The notes under the pieces were generated by a model. The model ran no database searches and was not told where the DNA came from. It was given only the letters and a program-made list of their open reading frames with translations. This document shows, piece by piece, positions 26,211 through 26,497 of a stretch of 26,497 nucleotides of DNA (positions within the stretch are counted from its first letter, which is position 1; each line of letters opens with the position of its first letter). The position numbers were made by a program, and so were the translations under genes. Source of the DNA: Oligoflexales bacterium (GTDB taxonomy: Bacteria; Bdellovibrionota_B; Oligoflexia; Oligoflexales; CAIYRB01); the NCBI GenBank assembly GCA_041736175.1, contig JBGSUI010000065.1, positions 1 through 26,497 on the forward strand. Reading direction: 5' to 3'.

Positions 26211-26497
26211 GGGTTAGCCCAGGTGCATAAAGGTCTGTTTAGAGAATTAGCTGTCCTAAAAGAGTGCACCCGTTTAATTTAACACAGTCTCACTAGGCAT
26301 TTTTTGCCATAAAGTTTGTAGCGTTGGCTTTGAGCCACAAACATTAACCTATCATTAGGGTGCGGCTCCTTTTGGGCGACAGCCTTTTAATCAGACGTTA
26401 TAGCCATTTTTACCAAAAAATGTGATTTGAATATAGAAAAAGATCACCAATATCACGAATAATCCATAATATTCAAATGGTTATAGAATTTTTTTGT

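Noticed and set aside
26211..26497. AT-rich terminal region with short inverted repeats
   Set aside because: Probably ordinary promoter DNA. No convincing RNA gene, GG-N10-GC element or terminator was seen.

Overview
This is a gene-dense bacterial chromosomal window. The gene repertoire (many lipoproteins, a trypsin-like gene, receiver-TPR and TPR-peptidase proteins, several sigma54-type promoters) suggests a Bdellovibrionota/Oligoflexia-like organism, which is an inference only. It contains about 24 CDSs: a probably truncated GAF-family gene, an M14 AstE/AspA-type deacylase, pfk, an oxidative-stress block (grxC, mrp/apbC, ahpC-ahpF with an OxyR box, oxyR, an HTTM membrane protein), a Gly/Ser-repeat lipoprotein, a four-gene C39-like peptidase / RLAN-RimK ATP-grasp / GCS2 ligase / N-formylglutamate amidohydrolase operon, and several uncharacterised exported proteins including a two-CxxCH lipoprotein. 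Four things stand out. (1) The two-ligase, two-hydrolase operon has an unknown product. (2) Four GG-N10-GC sigma54-type promoters occur, three with an upstream TGTCTA-N5-TAGACA-like site, and one points into unannotated intergenic DNA. (3) Three proteins have lost their catalytic or phospho-acceptor residues: a trypsin fold, an SGNH fold and a receiver domain. (4) A perfect (GATCCC)13 microsatellite lies inside a surface lipoprotein. No rRNA, tRNA, CRISPR array or complete mobile element was seen. All family calls are motif recognition by eye, with no searches run.
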